Positions 44,713-54,622 of a stretch of DNA of 56,351 bases are shown here, one piece after another. Both the position numbers and the translations under genes were made by a program. The notes beneath the pieces were generated by a model. The model was not told the DNA's origin, ran no database searches, and worked only from the letters and a program-made list of their open reading frames with translations. The number at the start of each line of letters is the position of its first letter. Position 1 is the stretch's first letter. Source of the stretch: a virus. Taxonomy: Duplodnaviria > Caudoviricetes. The stretch covers positions 1-56,351 of the IMG/VR virus record IMGVR_UViG_3300012987_000010. One strand, 5' to 3'.

Positions 44713-45436
44713 CCGGATGACCTTCTCCTGGGACGAACAGGTGATCAACACCCTGGTCCGGGGGCAGAACGGGATCGCCGGTCGGGAGGTCCGAGAGCGC
44801 GGGGAGCGGATCAAGCTCCGTGCCCAGGAGCTGGTCGGCGTCGACACCGGCCGGTTGCGCGCGTCGATCTACGTGCGGAACTTCACCATCCTGGGGAACC
44901 CGGCCGTGGTCATCGGGTTCGGTACCACGTACGGCAAGTACCACCACAACGGGACCGGACTGTGGGGCCCGAACCGACGAGTCATCCGACCCCGGACCGC
45001 GTCCGCCCTGCGGTTCACCACCAAGGCCGGCACGGAGGTCTTCGCCAAGTACGTCCGAGGATCCAAGCCGAATCCGTTCCTGAAGGACGCGATTCCGGCC
45101 GGGGCGGACCCGGCTCGGCGGCCGGCCGTGGAGGCGGCGCTGAACGCGCGCGCCCCGGCCTGGATCGCGGGGGTGTCCGCCGGGCGAAACGCCGCCCAGG
45201 TGGGTGATCATAACTGGAGGAGAAACGTCTCCGGAGGACCTTCCGCCAACCGGCGGAACCCCGGAGGTTGGGGACGCAGTGTCTCCGGAGGACCTTCCGC
45301 CAACCGGCGATCCTCCGGAGGATCCGCCGGAAGCGGGTGGAGTCACGGCGTGTCGGGCGGTCCTCGCCCGGCTCGTCGCAATGCGGGTTGGAGTCGCCGC
45401 GTGGGACCGGGCGCACGCGCCCGGCGCGGCAGATAG
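44696..45436 (+). CDS. HK97 gp10-like neck protein with an Arg/Gly-rich repeat extension
   Basis: VDTGRLRASI, YHHNGT, PNPFLKDA; start uncertain (44696, 44705 or 44717). Confidence 0.7.
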   Translation: MAVVPSRMTFSWDEQVINTLVRGQNGIAGREVRERGERIKLRAQELVGVDTGRLRASIYVRNFTILGNPAVVIGFGTTYGKYHHNGTGLWGPNRRVIRPRTASALRFTTKAGTEVFAKYVRGSKPNPFLKDAIPAGADPARRPAVEAALNARAPAWIAGVSAGRNAAQVGDHNWRRNVSGGPSANRRNPGGWGRSVSGGPSANRRSSGGSAGSGWSHGVSGGPRPARRNAGWSRRVGPGARARRGR

Positions 45437-45445
45437 GAGAGACAC

Positions 45446-45850
45446 ATGTCGGACGAAGTGGTCGTCAAGGACTTCAGCAAGGTCAGGCCCAAGCTGTTCC
45501 TCGCCCTGGACGGAGTCCAGTACGAGGCTCGGACGGCCATCGGCCTGAAGACTCTGCAACAGATCCAGGCAGTCCAGCGGGGAGGTTCCGGCGGCGGCCT
45601 GGACCAGAAGCTGGAGCTGTTCCGCGAGCTGTTCCGGGCACTCCTCAAGTCGACCGCCATCGATGCCTTCCTGGCTCGGCTGGACGACGAGGACGACCCG
45701 GTGGACTTCAAGCAGCTCGAAGGGATGATCGGGTACCTGACGGAGTTCCACGGACTGCGCCCTACCGAGGAGCCCTCGGCATCGCCGAGTGGCTCTTCCA
45801 GCGAAGCGTCTGGCACCGATTCCACGGGTGGTGCGTCAGTCGCCGGGTAG
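45446..45850 (+). CDS. Tail assembly chaperone
   Basis: AGGAG RBS; GLRPT motif; upstream of the tape measure gene. Confidence 0.7.
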   Translation: MSDEVVVKDFSKVRPKLFLALDGVQYEARTAIGLKTLQQIQAVQRGGSGGGLDQKLELFRELFRALLKSTAIDAFLARLDDEDDPVDFKQLEGMIGYLTEFHGLRPTEEPSASPSGSSSEASGTDSTGGASVAG

Positions 45851-46095
45851 ACCCGCTCGATCTCACCCTGGCCGATGCGTTCGATCTCGCCGTCCACTGG
45901 TTGGTCACCACCCACGAGTTGGACAACGATCTTCGCCGGACGATCGAGACCGAATGGAACGGGCCACTGATCACGGCCGAAAGGAACCTTCCACCGGAGG
46001 ACTCCTGGGCGCCGGCCTGGTGGACCGGGGACGAGGACGCGGCCAGGTCGAACGCCATGGCCGCCGTGGTACTCGACAGAAAGCGGAGGAGTTGA
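45765..46095 (+). CDS. Tail assembly chaperone second frame (probable -1 frameshift product)
   Basis: Open -1 frame overlapping the end of the chaperone and running up to the tape measure gene, with no good start of its own. Confidence 0.5.
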
Positions 46096-46099
46096 CCCG

Positions 46100-49000
46100 A
46101 TGTCCATCACCCTGGGCGACGGCGATTTCATCATCACGGCCGACTCCTCCGACTTCGAGCGGGCGCGGGCGGACATCTTCGGCGTGATGCGTCGCGTCGA
46201 TCAGCGGGCCGACCAGACGGCAAACCTGATCGACCGACGCTTCACGGAGTCCGCCCAGGAGATCTCCCGACAGTTCGATGTCCTCGGTGTGAGCATGGAG
46301 CGCTCCATCACCCGGGCCACGGAGAACATCTCCGACGAAGTCAGACAGATGGGCAACGACATCGAACGGTCGGTGTCGAACGCCGCTGCCGGCCTGGCGG
46401 AGGAGTTCGGCCGGGAGCTTGCCGAACTGCGCCTGGACTCCCAGCGCACCGAACAGGCGGTGAGCAACGACGCGGACAACATGGGCGACGCGATCGCGCG
46501 CGAGATCGCGCGCGGCGTGGCCCTGGCGAACGCCGCCCTTCTGCTCCTGTCCGACGGATCCAACCGGGCCCTGGGTTCCATCACCCGGTTGGTCGGTGGA
46601 TTCTCCAAGATGACCGTGGCCGTCGGCGCCCTGTCCACGGCGTTCGCCGGATTGGTGAACATCGTGGCAGCGGCGGCGACGTCGATCGAACAGTTGGCCG
46701 GGGTGATGCTGGTGGCACCCACGGCCATCGTCGCCCTGGTCGGCATCATCGGCACCCTGAAGGTGGCGTTGAACGGGGTCGGGGACGCCATCGGGGCCGG
46801 CATCTCCGGCGACACGGAGAAGTTCGAGGAGGCGTTGAAGAAGCTGTCCCCGGCGGCCCAGGAGGCGATCAGGGGACTGGACGGCGTTTTCGACCGGATG
46901 CGCAACCTGAAGACCGTCGTCCAGGACTCGTTCTTCAACGAGATCGACAACAGCCTGGGGGCCTTCGGCAGAACGGCCGTGGGCATCGCCGAGCGGGTCA
47001 TGCCACGCCTGGCCACCTCCCTGGGTGTCGTGGCCGACGAGTTCCTTCGGACGGCCCGATCGTCGACCTTCCTCAGTGGAATCGAAGAGATCCTCAACCG
47101 GACGGCGCGCGGGGTCCAGACTCTGGGCACTCCGGTGTCCAACCTGACGGCCGCCTTCGGCGACCTGTTCGTGGTGGGTGCCGAATACGTCGATCGGTTC
47201 TACGCCTCCCTGGGTCGAACGATCGACCGGTTCTCCGAATGGATCCGCGTCTCCGCCGACAACGGCAACCTGAAGGAGTGGATAGACGAGGCCCTGGCCG
47301 GGTTCTCCCAGATCGGCCGGATCCTCCGCAACCTGGGGCAGATTTTCGGGACCCTGAACTCCCAGGCGACCACGGCGGGGACCGGGATCCTCGGGATCCT
47401 GGAGAAGGTCACGGGAACCCTGCGGGATGCCCTGCGCAGCGACGTGGGTCAATCCTTCCTGATCTCGTCGTTCAACCTCCTGGGCGAGGTGATGCGCACC
47501 TTCGGCATCCTCCTGGGTCCGGTGATCAGTCTCCTGGCTCGCCTTGCCACCATCATCAACAACGAGCTGTCCCGAGCGGTCACCGCCCTGGCCCCATACG
47601 TGGAGCGGTTCGCCGGTTGGTTGGAGAAGGTGGGCAAGGCGGCGACCCAGGCCAACCCGGAGATCTCGTCCCTGGCAACCGGCGCCGTCGGCTTCCTGGC
47701 CGATCGGTTCAAGGTGCTCCAGGAGGCGATCGCCCCCATCGGAGAGGCCGTTGCCGGCACCGGAGATCGGCTCAAGTCGGCGTTCTCCGGTGTGGGAACC
47801 GACACCCTGGACGCGATCATCCGTGCCGTCGGCTCCCTCGGCGTGGCCCTGGCCGGCGTGGGATCGGACGTCCTGGTCTCCCTGGCTCGCGTGTTCTCGG
47901 AACTGATCAAGTTGTCGCCCCGGGTCATCGGGCTCTTCGAACGGTTCTCCACGGTCCTGGGCAAGGTGGTGTCCGGGTCGCTGGACGCCCTGGTTCCGCT
48001 TCTCGACCCACTGCTGAAGATCTTCGAGAAGCTGGCTCCGGTCCTGGACCTGGCCGGTACCGCCGTGGTCACCCTGGTGCGCGGAGCCTCGGACCTGGCC
48101 ATCGCCCTGGCTCCTCTGGCGGAGGCCGTGGCCGACGTGGCCGGCAACCTGGCCGACGACCTGAATCCGGCACTCCAGGAGATGAGCGACGGCTTCTCGC
48201 GCAACGTGACCCCGGCGATCGAGAAGGCGTCCCAGTCCCTGGGCGACAAGCTCACCGCAGGCTTCGAACGGTTGCAACCGGCATTGCACGGGCTCGGTGA
48301 GGGGTTCCGCTCTCTGGCCGAACCCGCCGGTAGGTTGATCGAATCGGCGGGGCGCCTGTTCGCCGCCCTGGGTCCGTTGACTTCGGTCTTGGCCGAACTG
48401 GGTGCGGTGATCTACGAGAGGCTGATCCCGCCGGTCTTCGCCCTCTTCCGGGCGATCCTCACGGTCTTCTCCGTGATGGCCGACAAGTTGGCCCCGATCG
48501 TCCGTGCCGTGGCCGAAGTCCTGGGTGAGGCGTTGGCGGAGGCAGCCGAAAAGCTTGCCCCGATATTCGCCGATATGAGCGAAAAGATCCAGACGGCGAT
48601 CCAGCAGATCGAGGAAAAGGGCGGCCCGGTCCTCCGCCTCCTGGAGAATCTGCTCTCCGTCGTCCTGCCGATCGCCCTGGAAGTCCTGCGAGTTGCCGTG
48701 GGCGCGGCTTTCGACACGATCATCTTCGTCATCCAGACGGCCTGGGAAGTCATCTCCGGCGTCCTGGAGACCCTGGCCCTGTTCCTGTCCGGCGATTTCT
48801 CCGGAGCCTGGAACAGGCTGAAGGAGACCATCTCCGGAGTCTGGGACTCGATTGTCGACTACGTCACTTCGACCGTGAACCGGCTGGCCGACTTCCTGAT
48901 CAACACCGGGATGGTGAAGGTGGCGGAGGCCGTCGGTCAGGGATTCCGCAACGCATACAACGAAGTGGTTTCCTGGCTGGACGCGGCCTACGACAAGGTG

Positions 49001-49594
49001 GCCTCCTGGGTGGCGAGCGTCCTTCGCTGGTTCTCGGCGTTGCCGGGGCTCATCGGGCGGGCCTTCACCGGAGCCATCGACTGGCTTTACAACTTCGGCC
49101 GGGACATCGTCACCGGCCTCCTCAACGGCATTGCCGACAAGGCTTCCAGCATCGGCAACTTCGTCCAGGACAAGATCGTCGACCCGATCAAGAAGGCCCT
49201 GGGTGGGGCCGCCGGCTTCCTGTTCGGCTCGCCGTCCAAGGTGACCACCCAGTACGGCAAGTGGATCGCCGACGGTCTGGCCATCGGTATCGAGTCGGCG
49301 GAAGGCGCGGTGGTCGCGGCGGCCGAATCACTGACGGCCTCCGCCGCGTTGCCGGGCATGTCGCCCGGATCCTCCGCCATGGGTGTCACCGGCGGCCGAT
49401 CCCCGTTCGTCCCGAACGTGGTCCCCGTGACCGGCGGTTCCGGGGCGACGTTCGGACCGGGCGCCGTTCAGGTCGTGTTCCAGGGCGTCGTTCCCACGGA
49501 GGCGGAGGCTTTCGCCACCGGCCGTGCCGTGGGATCGGGCATCGCCGACGTCATCGCGCGCCGCGACGCGCGGGTATCCGTGGGAGTTCTGTAA
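46100..49594 (+). CDS. Tape measure protein (1164 aa)
   Basis: Long Ala/Leu-rich helical protein; C-terminal GSPSKV motif. Confidence 0.9.
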   Translation: MSITLGDGDFIITADSSDFERARADIFGVMRRVDQRADQTANLIDRRFTESAQEISRQFDVLGVSMERSITRATENISDEVRQMGNDIERSVSNAAAGLAEEFGRELAELRLDSQRTEQAVSNDADNMGDAIAREIARGVALANAALLLLSDGSNRALGSITRLVGGFSKMTVAVGALSTAFAGLVNIVAAAATSIEQLAGVMLVAPTAIVALVGIIGTLKVALNGVGDAIGAGISGDTEKFEEALKKLSPAAQEAIRGLDGVFDRMRNLKTVVQDSFFNEIDNSLGAFGRTAVGIAERVMPRLATSLGVVADEFLRTARSSTFLSGIEEILNRTARGVQTLGTPVSNLTAAFGDLFVVGAEYVDRFYASLGRTIDRFSEWIRVSADNGNLKEWIDEALAGFSQIGRILRNLGQIFGTLNSQATTAGTGILGILEKVTGTLRDALRSDVGQSFLISSFNLLGEVMRTFGILLGPVISLLARLATIINNELSRAVTALAPYVERFAGWLEKVGKAATQANPEISSLATGAVGFLADRFKVLQEAIAPIGEAVAGTGDRLKSAFSGVGTDTLDAIIRAVGSLGVALAGVGSDVLVSLARVFSELIKLSPRVIGLFERFSTVLGKVVSGSLDALVPLLDPLLKIFEKLAPVLDLAGTAVVTLVRGASDLAIALAPLAEAVADVAGNLADDLNPALQEMSDGFSRNVTPAIEKASQSLGDKLTAGFERLQPALHGLGEGFRSLAEPAGRLIESAGRLFAALGPLTSVLAELGAVIYERLIPPVFALFRAILTVFSVMADKLAPIVRAVAEVLGEALAEAAEKLAPIFADMSEKIQTAIQQIEEKGGPVLRLLENLLSVVLPIALEVLRVAVGAAFDTIIFVIQTAWEVISGVLETLALFLSGDFSGAWNRLKETISGVWDSIVDYVTSTVNRLADFLINTGMVKVAEAVGQGFRNAYNEVVSWLDAAYDKVASWVASVLRWFSALPGLIGRAFTGAIDWLYNFGRDIVTGLLNGIADKASSIGNFVQDKIVDPIKKALGGAAGFLFGSPSKVTTQYGKWIADGLAIGIESAEGAVVAAAESLTASAALPGMSPGSSAMGVTGGRSPFVPNVVPVTGGSGATFGPGAVQVVFQGVVPTEAEAFATGRAVGSGIADVIARRDARVSVGVL

Positions 49595-52095
49595 TGGCCG
49601 AATACAACCCGAACAATCCGGCTATCGCCGGTAACGAGTGGGCTCCGGTCGTTCCGTCCCCGTATGCCATGGACATCGGGGTGGAACGCGGGTACTCGTT
49701 CACCGCAGGTGCCCTCACACCGTTCGAGGGTCAATACTTCCTCCAGGCCGAACCACCCGGTTCACTGATCACCCAATGTCCGCTCCTGGCCATCTACCCC
49801 AAGGGCCAGGAGGCGACGGTCGGAGAGATCAAGACGGTCGTGGTCCCGGTCGACGGCGCCGTCCTGGTGGGGAACGGGACGGTCATCGGGCCGACCGGGA
49901 CCACGTCCACCACGGCTCTCCAGAAGTCCAGCGATTCGGCGTGCATTCGCTTCGACAGTGGGACCGGGTCGCTTACGTGCTCCTTCGACACGGTGTCCTT
50001 CCCCGAGATCACCAACGTCAACAAGCGCATCCTGAACGTTTCCGTCCAGTACACGGCCGGGGGTGACTGGAGCGCTGTCACTCCGGCCCAGTTCAACTCC
50101 GCCATCCAGTTCTCCGGTGACTTGATCCTGTACGGATCCGGAATCCTGGACAGCGACCAGACATCGTTCAGCGAAGCGATCACCACCATCTCCAGGATTT
50201 CCCTGGGGGAGATCAACCTGAACGCGCTTACGGCCGCGCGCAACACCAACCAGGTGTACCCATGGCGACCCAACGAGTTGATCAACTGGGATGCGTCGGC
50301 CTCCACCCCCATGAGGTTCGTTTTCAACTGGGCCGGAATCACCTCGCCGGCAACGGCGCCACTGAGGCTCAACTACCTGGCGCTGGAGATCACCTACTGC
50401 GAAGAGAACCGGGTCCGATACGGATCCACCAAGGTGGGGCCGTCGTACACCGCCACCGGACCTACCGGTGGTGAGGCCACCTACGCGGTGCCCGGGGTCA
50501 ACACGGTGATCCTGCGCACCGCCGGTGGCCTGGTCACCGGGTCGGCACTCGCTCCCGGGGACTACACGATCACGTCGTGCATGGCGGACATGGGCGACCT
50601 GTTCCTGTCGTTCTTCGGCGTGGCCACCGCGTTCGCCTCCAACTCCGCACCGCCCACGGCCCAGGCGCTCCGACAGCTCTACCACATGCCTCGGGCCGTC
50701 CTGGACGGCGTGCTGATCGACCGGGCCTTCACTGTCAACGAGCGGTTCGACGCGAGCCAGTCCGACGTCCTCCCGTACATCGCCTTCAACCAGTCGGCCG
50801 GAGCCCTGTCCTCTTCCGTGACGCACGCGTACGGGCAACAGCATCCGGCGTCGGTGTACACCGGCCACAACATCGAACAGAACTTCAGCTTCTCCACAGT
50901 GAGCGCCACGCCGTATCCCTACCTGCGGTACTACGCCCGAAGGTTCGGCACGTGCACGGCGAACCTGGTGGCCACCCTGGCGTCCAACGGCGCCGAGTTC
51001 GCCACGCTCACCTGTGCGGCGTTCGACGCGTTGCCGGAGATCGCCGACGGGTGGAAGGAGGTCACCCTCACCATGGCGTCGCCGGCCACCCTCGCCACCG
51101 GTTCCGACACTCTGATCTGGTCCTCCACCACATCGGCCAACTCGCCGTGGCAGATCCTCGCGGAACAGGGTCAGTCCCTCAACATCAATGCGTCCTTCCA
51201 GGGCTTGGGAGCCTTCCTGGAGGACCCGGCCGGTACCAACCTGTTCAGTGCCGACGCCACCTTCTACTTCATGCAAGACCCGCCGACGGTCACCAACCTG
51301 TCCACACTTCCCAGCGTGCAACCGCTCACCGGCGTCGGCCTGGACTGTCGATCCCCCGCCGATTGCATCCCCACCGGGATGCCGTTCGGCATCGTGCTCT
51401 GGACGCCCATCACCACGTCCGCCCCGGCCGCGTCGGGCACGTTCGGCATGTACGAGATGGAACGGCAGGACGATCACGACTCGACTTGGCAAACAGTTTA
51501 TCGTTCAACAAATATCGCCAGTGCGGCGTTCTTCGACGTCGAAGCCAGGTTTGCCATGAACTCCCGGTACCGGATCCGGGTACGCAACGTCTACGACCAG
51601 CCGGGTCCCTGGTCGACCACGGCATCACTCACGATGCCCGCACTCGATCCCAGCGTCTGGGCCTTCAGTTCGAACTCGTTGACGACGAACACCTTCCTGG
51701 CACCGCACATCGGCGACACCGGAGGTCAACCCCCCAACTTCGAGCCGGTGTTTCCGGAGGCGGATCAGGTCACGCTTCAGGACATGTACAACCGGGACTA
51801 CGTCACCGCTTTCCACGGCACCGAGCGCGGAGGCATGCGGTTCTCCCTGCTCCTCCTGGCCAACCAGGGGGCCGTTTCGTTGCCGGTCATGGATCGCGCC
51901 TTCACGTCGCTCCGCGACCTGGCCTGGGCCGACCTGCCGTACGTGTGCGTGCGGAACGGTGAGGGTGATCGGTGGTTCGCCAACGTCCAGGTCCCCAACG
52001 GGAGCTTCCGTAGCAGACGCACCGCGCTCAAGACACAGTTGGTGTCGGTACGGGTCACCGAAGTTCTGTACGCCCCTGCCCCTCTGGAGGTGTAA
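49594..52095 (+). CDS. Minor tail protein (833 aa)
   Basis: TAATG coupling to the tape measure; beta-rich with an FN3-like segment (YRIRVRNVY..GPWS). Confidence 0.75.
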   Translation: MAEYNPNNPAIAGNEWAPVVPSPYAMDIGVERGYSFTAGALTPFEGQYFLQAEPPGSLITQCPLLAIYPKGQEATVGEIKTVVVPVDGAVLVGNGTVIGPTGTTSTTALQKSSDSACIRFDSGTGSLTCSFDTVSFPEITNVNKRILNVSVQYTAGGDWSAVTPAQFNSAIQFSGDLILYGSGILDSDQTSFSEAITTISRISLGEINLNALTAARNTNQVYPWRPNELINWDASASTPMRFVFNWAGITSPATAPLRLNYLALEITYCEENRVRYGSTKVGPSYTATGPTGGEATYAVPGVNTVILRTAGGLVTGSALAPGDYTITSCMADMGDLFLSFFGVATAFASNSAPPTAQALRQLYHMPRAVLDGVLIDRAFTVNERFDASQSDVLPYIAFNQSAGALSSSVTHAYGQQHPASVYTGHNIEQNFSFSTVSATPYPYLRYYARRFGTCTANLVATLASNGAEFATLTCAAFDALPEIADGWKEVTLTMASPATLATGSDTLIWSSTTSANSPWQILAEQGQSLNINASFQGLGAFLEDPAGTNLFSADATFYFMQDPPTVTNLSTLPSVQPLTGVGLDCRSPADCIPTGMPFGIVLWTPITTSAPAASGTFGMYEMERQDDHDSTWQTVYRSTNIASAAFFDVEARFAMNSRYRIRVRNVYDQPGPWSTTASLTMPALDPSVWAFSSNSLTTNTFLAPHIGDTGGQPPNFEPVFPEADQVTLQDMYNRDYVTAFHGTERGGMRFSLLLLANQGAVSLPVMDRAFTSLRDLAWADLPYVCVRNGEGDRWFANVQVPNGSFRSRRTALKTQLVSVRVTEVLYAPAPLEV

Positions 52096-52097
52096 CG

Positions 52098-53294
52098 GTG
52101 CCTACGTCCCTGTACACGGGCGGTCCGCTGGTGGAGTCCGTCCCACCCAGGTCGTTCGACTTCTCCACCATCGGCCAACGCCGGTCGTCCTTCGCTTTCA
52201 CGCTCATCGACCTGGACGGTTATCGGGAGCCGACGCCGCTCACACCGCTGAAGGGGTCCACCCCGACGCTCTCCCACGACACGACTCGCACCGTGAAGAG
52301 AACCCTGAACCTGGCCTTGGGTGTGGCGGACACGGAGCTGTTCGACCCGATCCGCCATCGGGTCCTGGTGTCGATGACGACCGGTCGCACAACATACCCG
52401 TTGGGTCGGTACATGGCGGTCGACCGGACCCGGGCAGGGTCGACCGGAGGCACACAGGCGTCGATCGCGTTCACGGACGAGTTGACCCAGGTGGCCGTCC
52501 CGCTGGAGCGGGGCTTCTCGTCACCCCAGGCCGGCAACAACGGGGCGAGCACCGTGGGCGAGAACATCGCCACCCTGGTCCGCCTCCTCCTGGGACGATT
52601 CCGCCTGTTCGACCCCCACGACGCCTGGGGCGCCGTCGGCGCGCAGACCCTGGAGACCGGTGGATTCATCCCGGTGGAGATCGACGTGGAGCCGACGGCT
52701 TATCTGTCGGCGGCGGCATGGCGGGCGGGGACATCCGGTGGCCAGGTAATGGAGGACCTGGCCGTCGCCGGGGACTACTGGTCGCCGTGGATCGACAACC
52801 GGGGCACCTTCCGTATGATCCGCACCTTCGACCCGGCGTCCCCGGCGGTCGTCCCCCTGGCCGACTGGGACGCCACGCGGGCCGTGATCGGGGAGTCGGT
52901 CTCATACACGGACGATCTCCTCAGCTCCCCCAACCGATTCGTGGTGATCTCCAACAAGGGGTCCGGCCTGAACGCCACCCAGGCCATCACCGGCACCTAC
53001 GACGTACCGGCTGCCGCGCCGTGGTCGATCGCCAACCGGGGGTTCGTGATCCCCGAGATCCACGATCTCCAGGTGGACAGTCCGGCCCAGGCGCGAACGG
53101 TCGCCCGGGCCATCGGCCGCCGACAGCAGGTGTTCGAGCGGGCCCAGGTGTCCACGCCGCCGGACCCCCGACACGATTCGTACGATGTGATCATCTGGAA
53201 CGGGGTCAAGTGGTTGGAGCTGGCCTGGACACTCCAGCTGATCGAGGGTGCGCCCATGGTCCACACGTTGAGAAGGGCTTACGCGGATGCCTGA
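52098..53294 (+). CDS. Minor tail / baseplate hub protein
   Basis: GGAGG RBS; PLGRY, PNRFVV, PDPRHD..DVI. Confidence 0.7.
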   Translation: MPTSLYTGGPLVESVPPRSFDFSTIGQRRSSFAFTLIDLDGYREPTPLTPLKGSTPTLSHDTTRTVKRTLNLALGVADTELFDPIRHRVLVSMTTGRTTYPLGRYMAVDRTRAGSTGGTQASIAFTDELTQVAVPLERGFSSPQAGNNGASTVGENIATLVRLLLGRFRLFDPHDAWGAVGAQTLETGGFIPVEIDVEPTAYLSAAAWRAGTSGGQVMEDLAVAGDYWSPWIDNRGTFRMIRTFDPASPAVVPLADWDATRAVIGESVSYTDDLLSSPNRFVVISNKGSGLNATQAITGTYDVPAAAPWSIANRGFVIPEIHDLQVDSPAQARTVARAIGRRQQVFERAQVSTPPDPRHDSYDVIIWNGVKWLELAWTLQLIEGAPMVHTLRRAYADA

Positions 53295-53988
53295 CGGAAC
53301 CACGCAGGGGGCACCCGACCTGGCCATGATCACGGAGCTGGTCCGTGTGGCCGACCGGTTGGGACTAACCTGGGGACTCCGACCCGGGACGGTCGTCTCC
53401 GTGTCGCCGCCTTTCGACCGACGTGAGGCTTCCGTCCGGATGGACGACGACGAGGGTGGGATTACCGTGGTCTCCCTGGTGGGGGACGTGGCCGTGGGCG
53501 ACCGGGTCATGGTGGTGTACGTGCCACCCTCCGGGCAGTACGCGATCGGTTGGCTGAACCAGCCGTCCTCCCAGGCTTTTGCCGCCGCCTCCACGGCCAA
53601 CTCCGGAACGATCATCGCGGAGGCCGTGGTCCTGACCATCCCCTCCGTCACGTTGAAACTGGGTACCGCATACCGCGTGGAGGCCGGCCCCGCCCTCGTT
53701 GCCCTGGCCACGATCACCACGTTGTTCCGGGTCCGCAAGACGAACCTGGCCGGCGCCCAATGGGCGATCTCCCCCAACTTCCTGGGATTGGGCGGCGGCC
53801 TCAACAGCTCGTGTCACTGGACATCGTTCATCACCCCGACCGTGGACATGACCACCCCGGTGGTGCTCACCATGGCGGCCACCCTGACCGGGTCGGTGCA
53901 CGCCGGATCGGCCGCCGCCCCGCGCTTCGTGTCGATCACCCCCGCCGGTCGAGTGGCCGACTATCCCCAGGCCGTCTCCGTGTCGTGA
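53287..53988 (+). CDS. Minor tail (spike-like) protein
   Basis: RPGTVV...VGDRVMV OB-fold-like N-terminus. Confidence 0.6.
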   Translation: MPDGTTQGAPDLAMITELVRVADRLGLTWGLRPGTVVSVSPPFDRREASVRMDDDEGGITVVSLVGDVAVGDRVMVVYVPPSGQYAIGWLNQPSSQAFAAASTANSGTIIAEAVVLTIPSVTLKLGTAYRVEAGPALVALATITTLFRVRKTNLAGAQWAISPNFLGLGGGLNSSCHWTSFITPTVDMTTPVVLTMAATLTGSVHAGSAAAPRFVSITPAGRVADYPQAVSVS

Positions 53989-54028
53989 CCGGGTTACCCT
54001 GTCGATACCCGACGACAGGAGAGAAAAC

Positions 54029-54622
54029 GTGGCCGCCCTACTACACCGCCTCCGGCCCGGCATCACCGTGTGCGTTCCGTCCATCCCCGTCCGGGGTCAC
54101 TACCTGGGCAGGGCCTTGACGTCCATCGCCGGCCAGCTCCGTCCGGCCGACGCGATCAGCGTGGTCGTGGATCGGGTACGCGCCGGCGCGGCGTTCACCC
54201 GGACCCAGGCCCTGGCCGCCGCCCGTACCGACGTCGTCACCTTCCTGGACGACGACGACACCATGAACACGGATCACCTGCTTCGCCTGGAGTCCTTCAT
54301 GCGGGACACCGGGGCCGACTTCGTCTTCTCCTGGTTCGACGTCATCGGCGGCCGGGATCCCTTCCCGCAGCACTTCGGCAAGGAGTGGGACCCGGACAAC
54401 CCGACACACACGACCGTGGTCACCATGGTCCGCACCGAGCTTGCCCGGTCGGTCGGCTTCGTCGCACCCGAGGGTGGCGACGGGGCAGGCGGATCCGGCG
54501 AGGACTGGAACTTCACCCTGGGCTGCCTCGCCGCCGGGGCGACGATCAGGCACCTACCCGAGCGGACTTGGAAGTGGTACCACAACACGGGCAACACCTC
54601 CGGAAGGAACGACCGTTGGTGA
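54029..54622 (+). CDS. Glycosyltransferase family 2
   Basis: ITVCVPS, GAAFTR, FLDDDD, GEDW. Confidence 0.85.
   Translation: MAALLHRLRPGITVCVPSIPVRGHYLGRALTSIAGQLRPADAISVVVDRVRAGAAFTRTQALAAARTDVVTFLDDDDTMNTDHLLRLESFMRDTGADFVFSWFDVIGGRDPFPQHFGKEWDPDNPTHTTVVTMVRTELARSVGFVAPEGGDGAGGSGEDWNFTLGCLAAGATIRHLPERTWKWYHNTGNTSGRNDRW

Noticed and set aside
45971-48289. 772-aa - strand ORF, and similar long antisense ORFs over terL, capsid, traB and tail genes
   Set aside because: Stop-poor antisense frames expected at high GC3; the sense genes carry clear motifs
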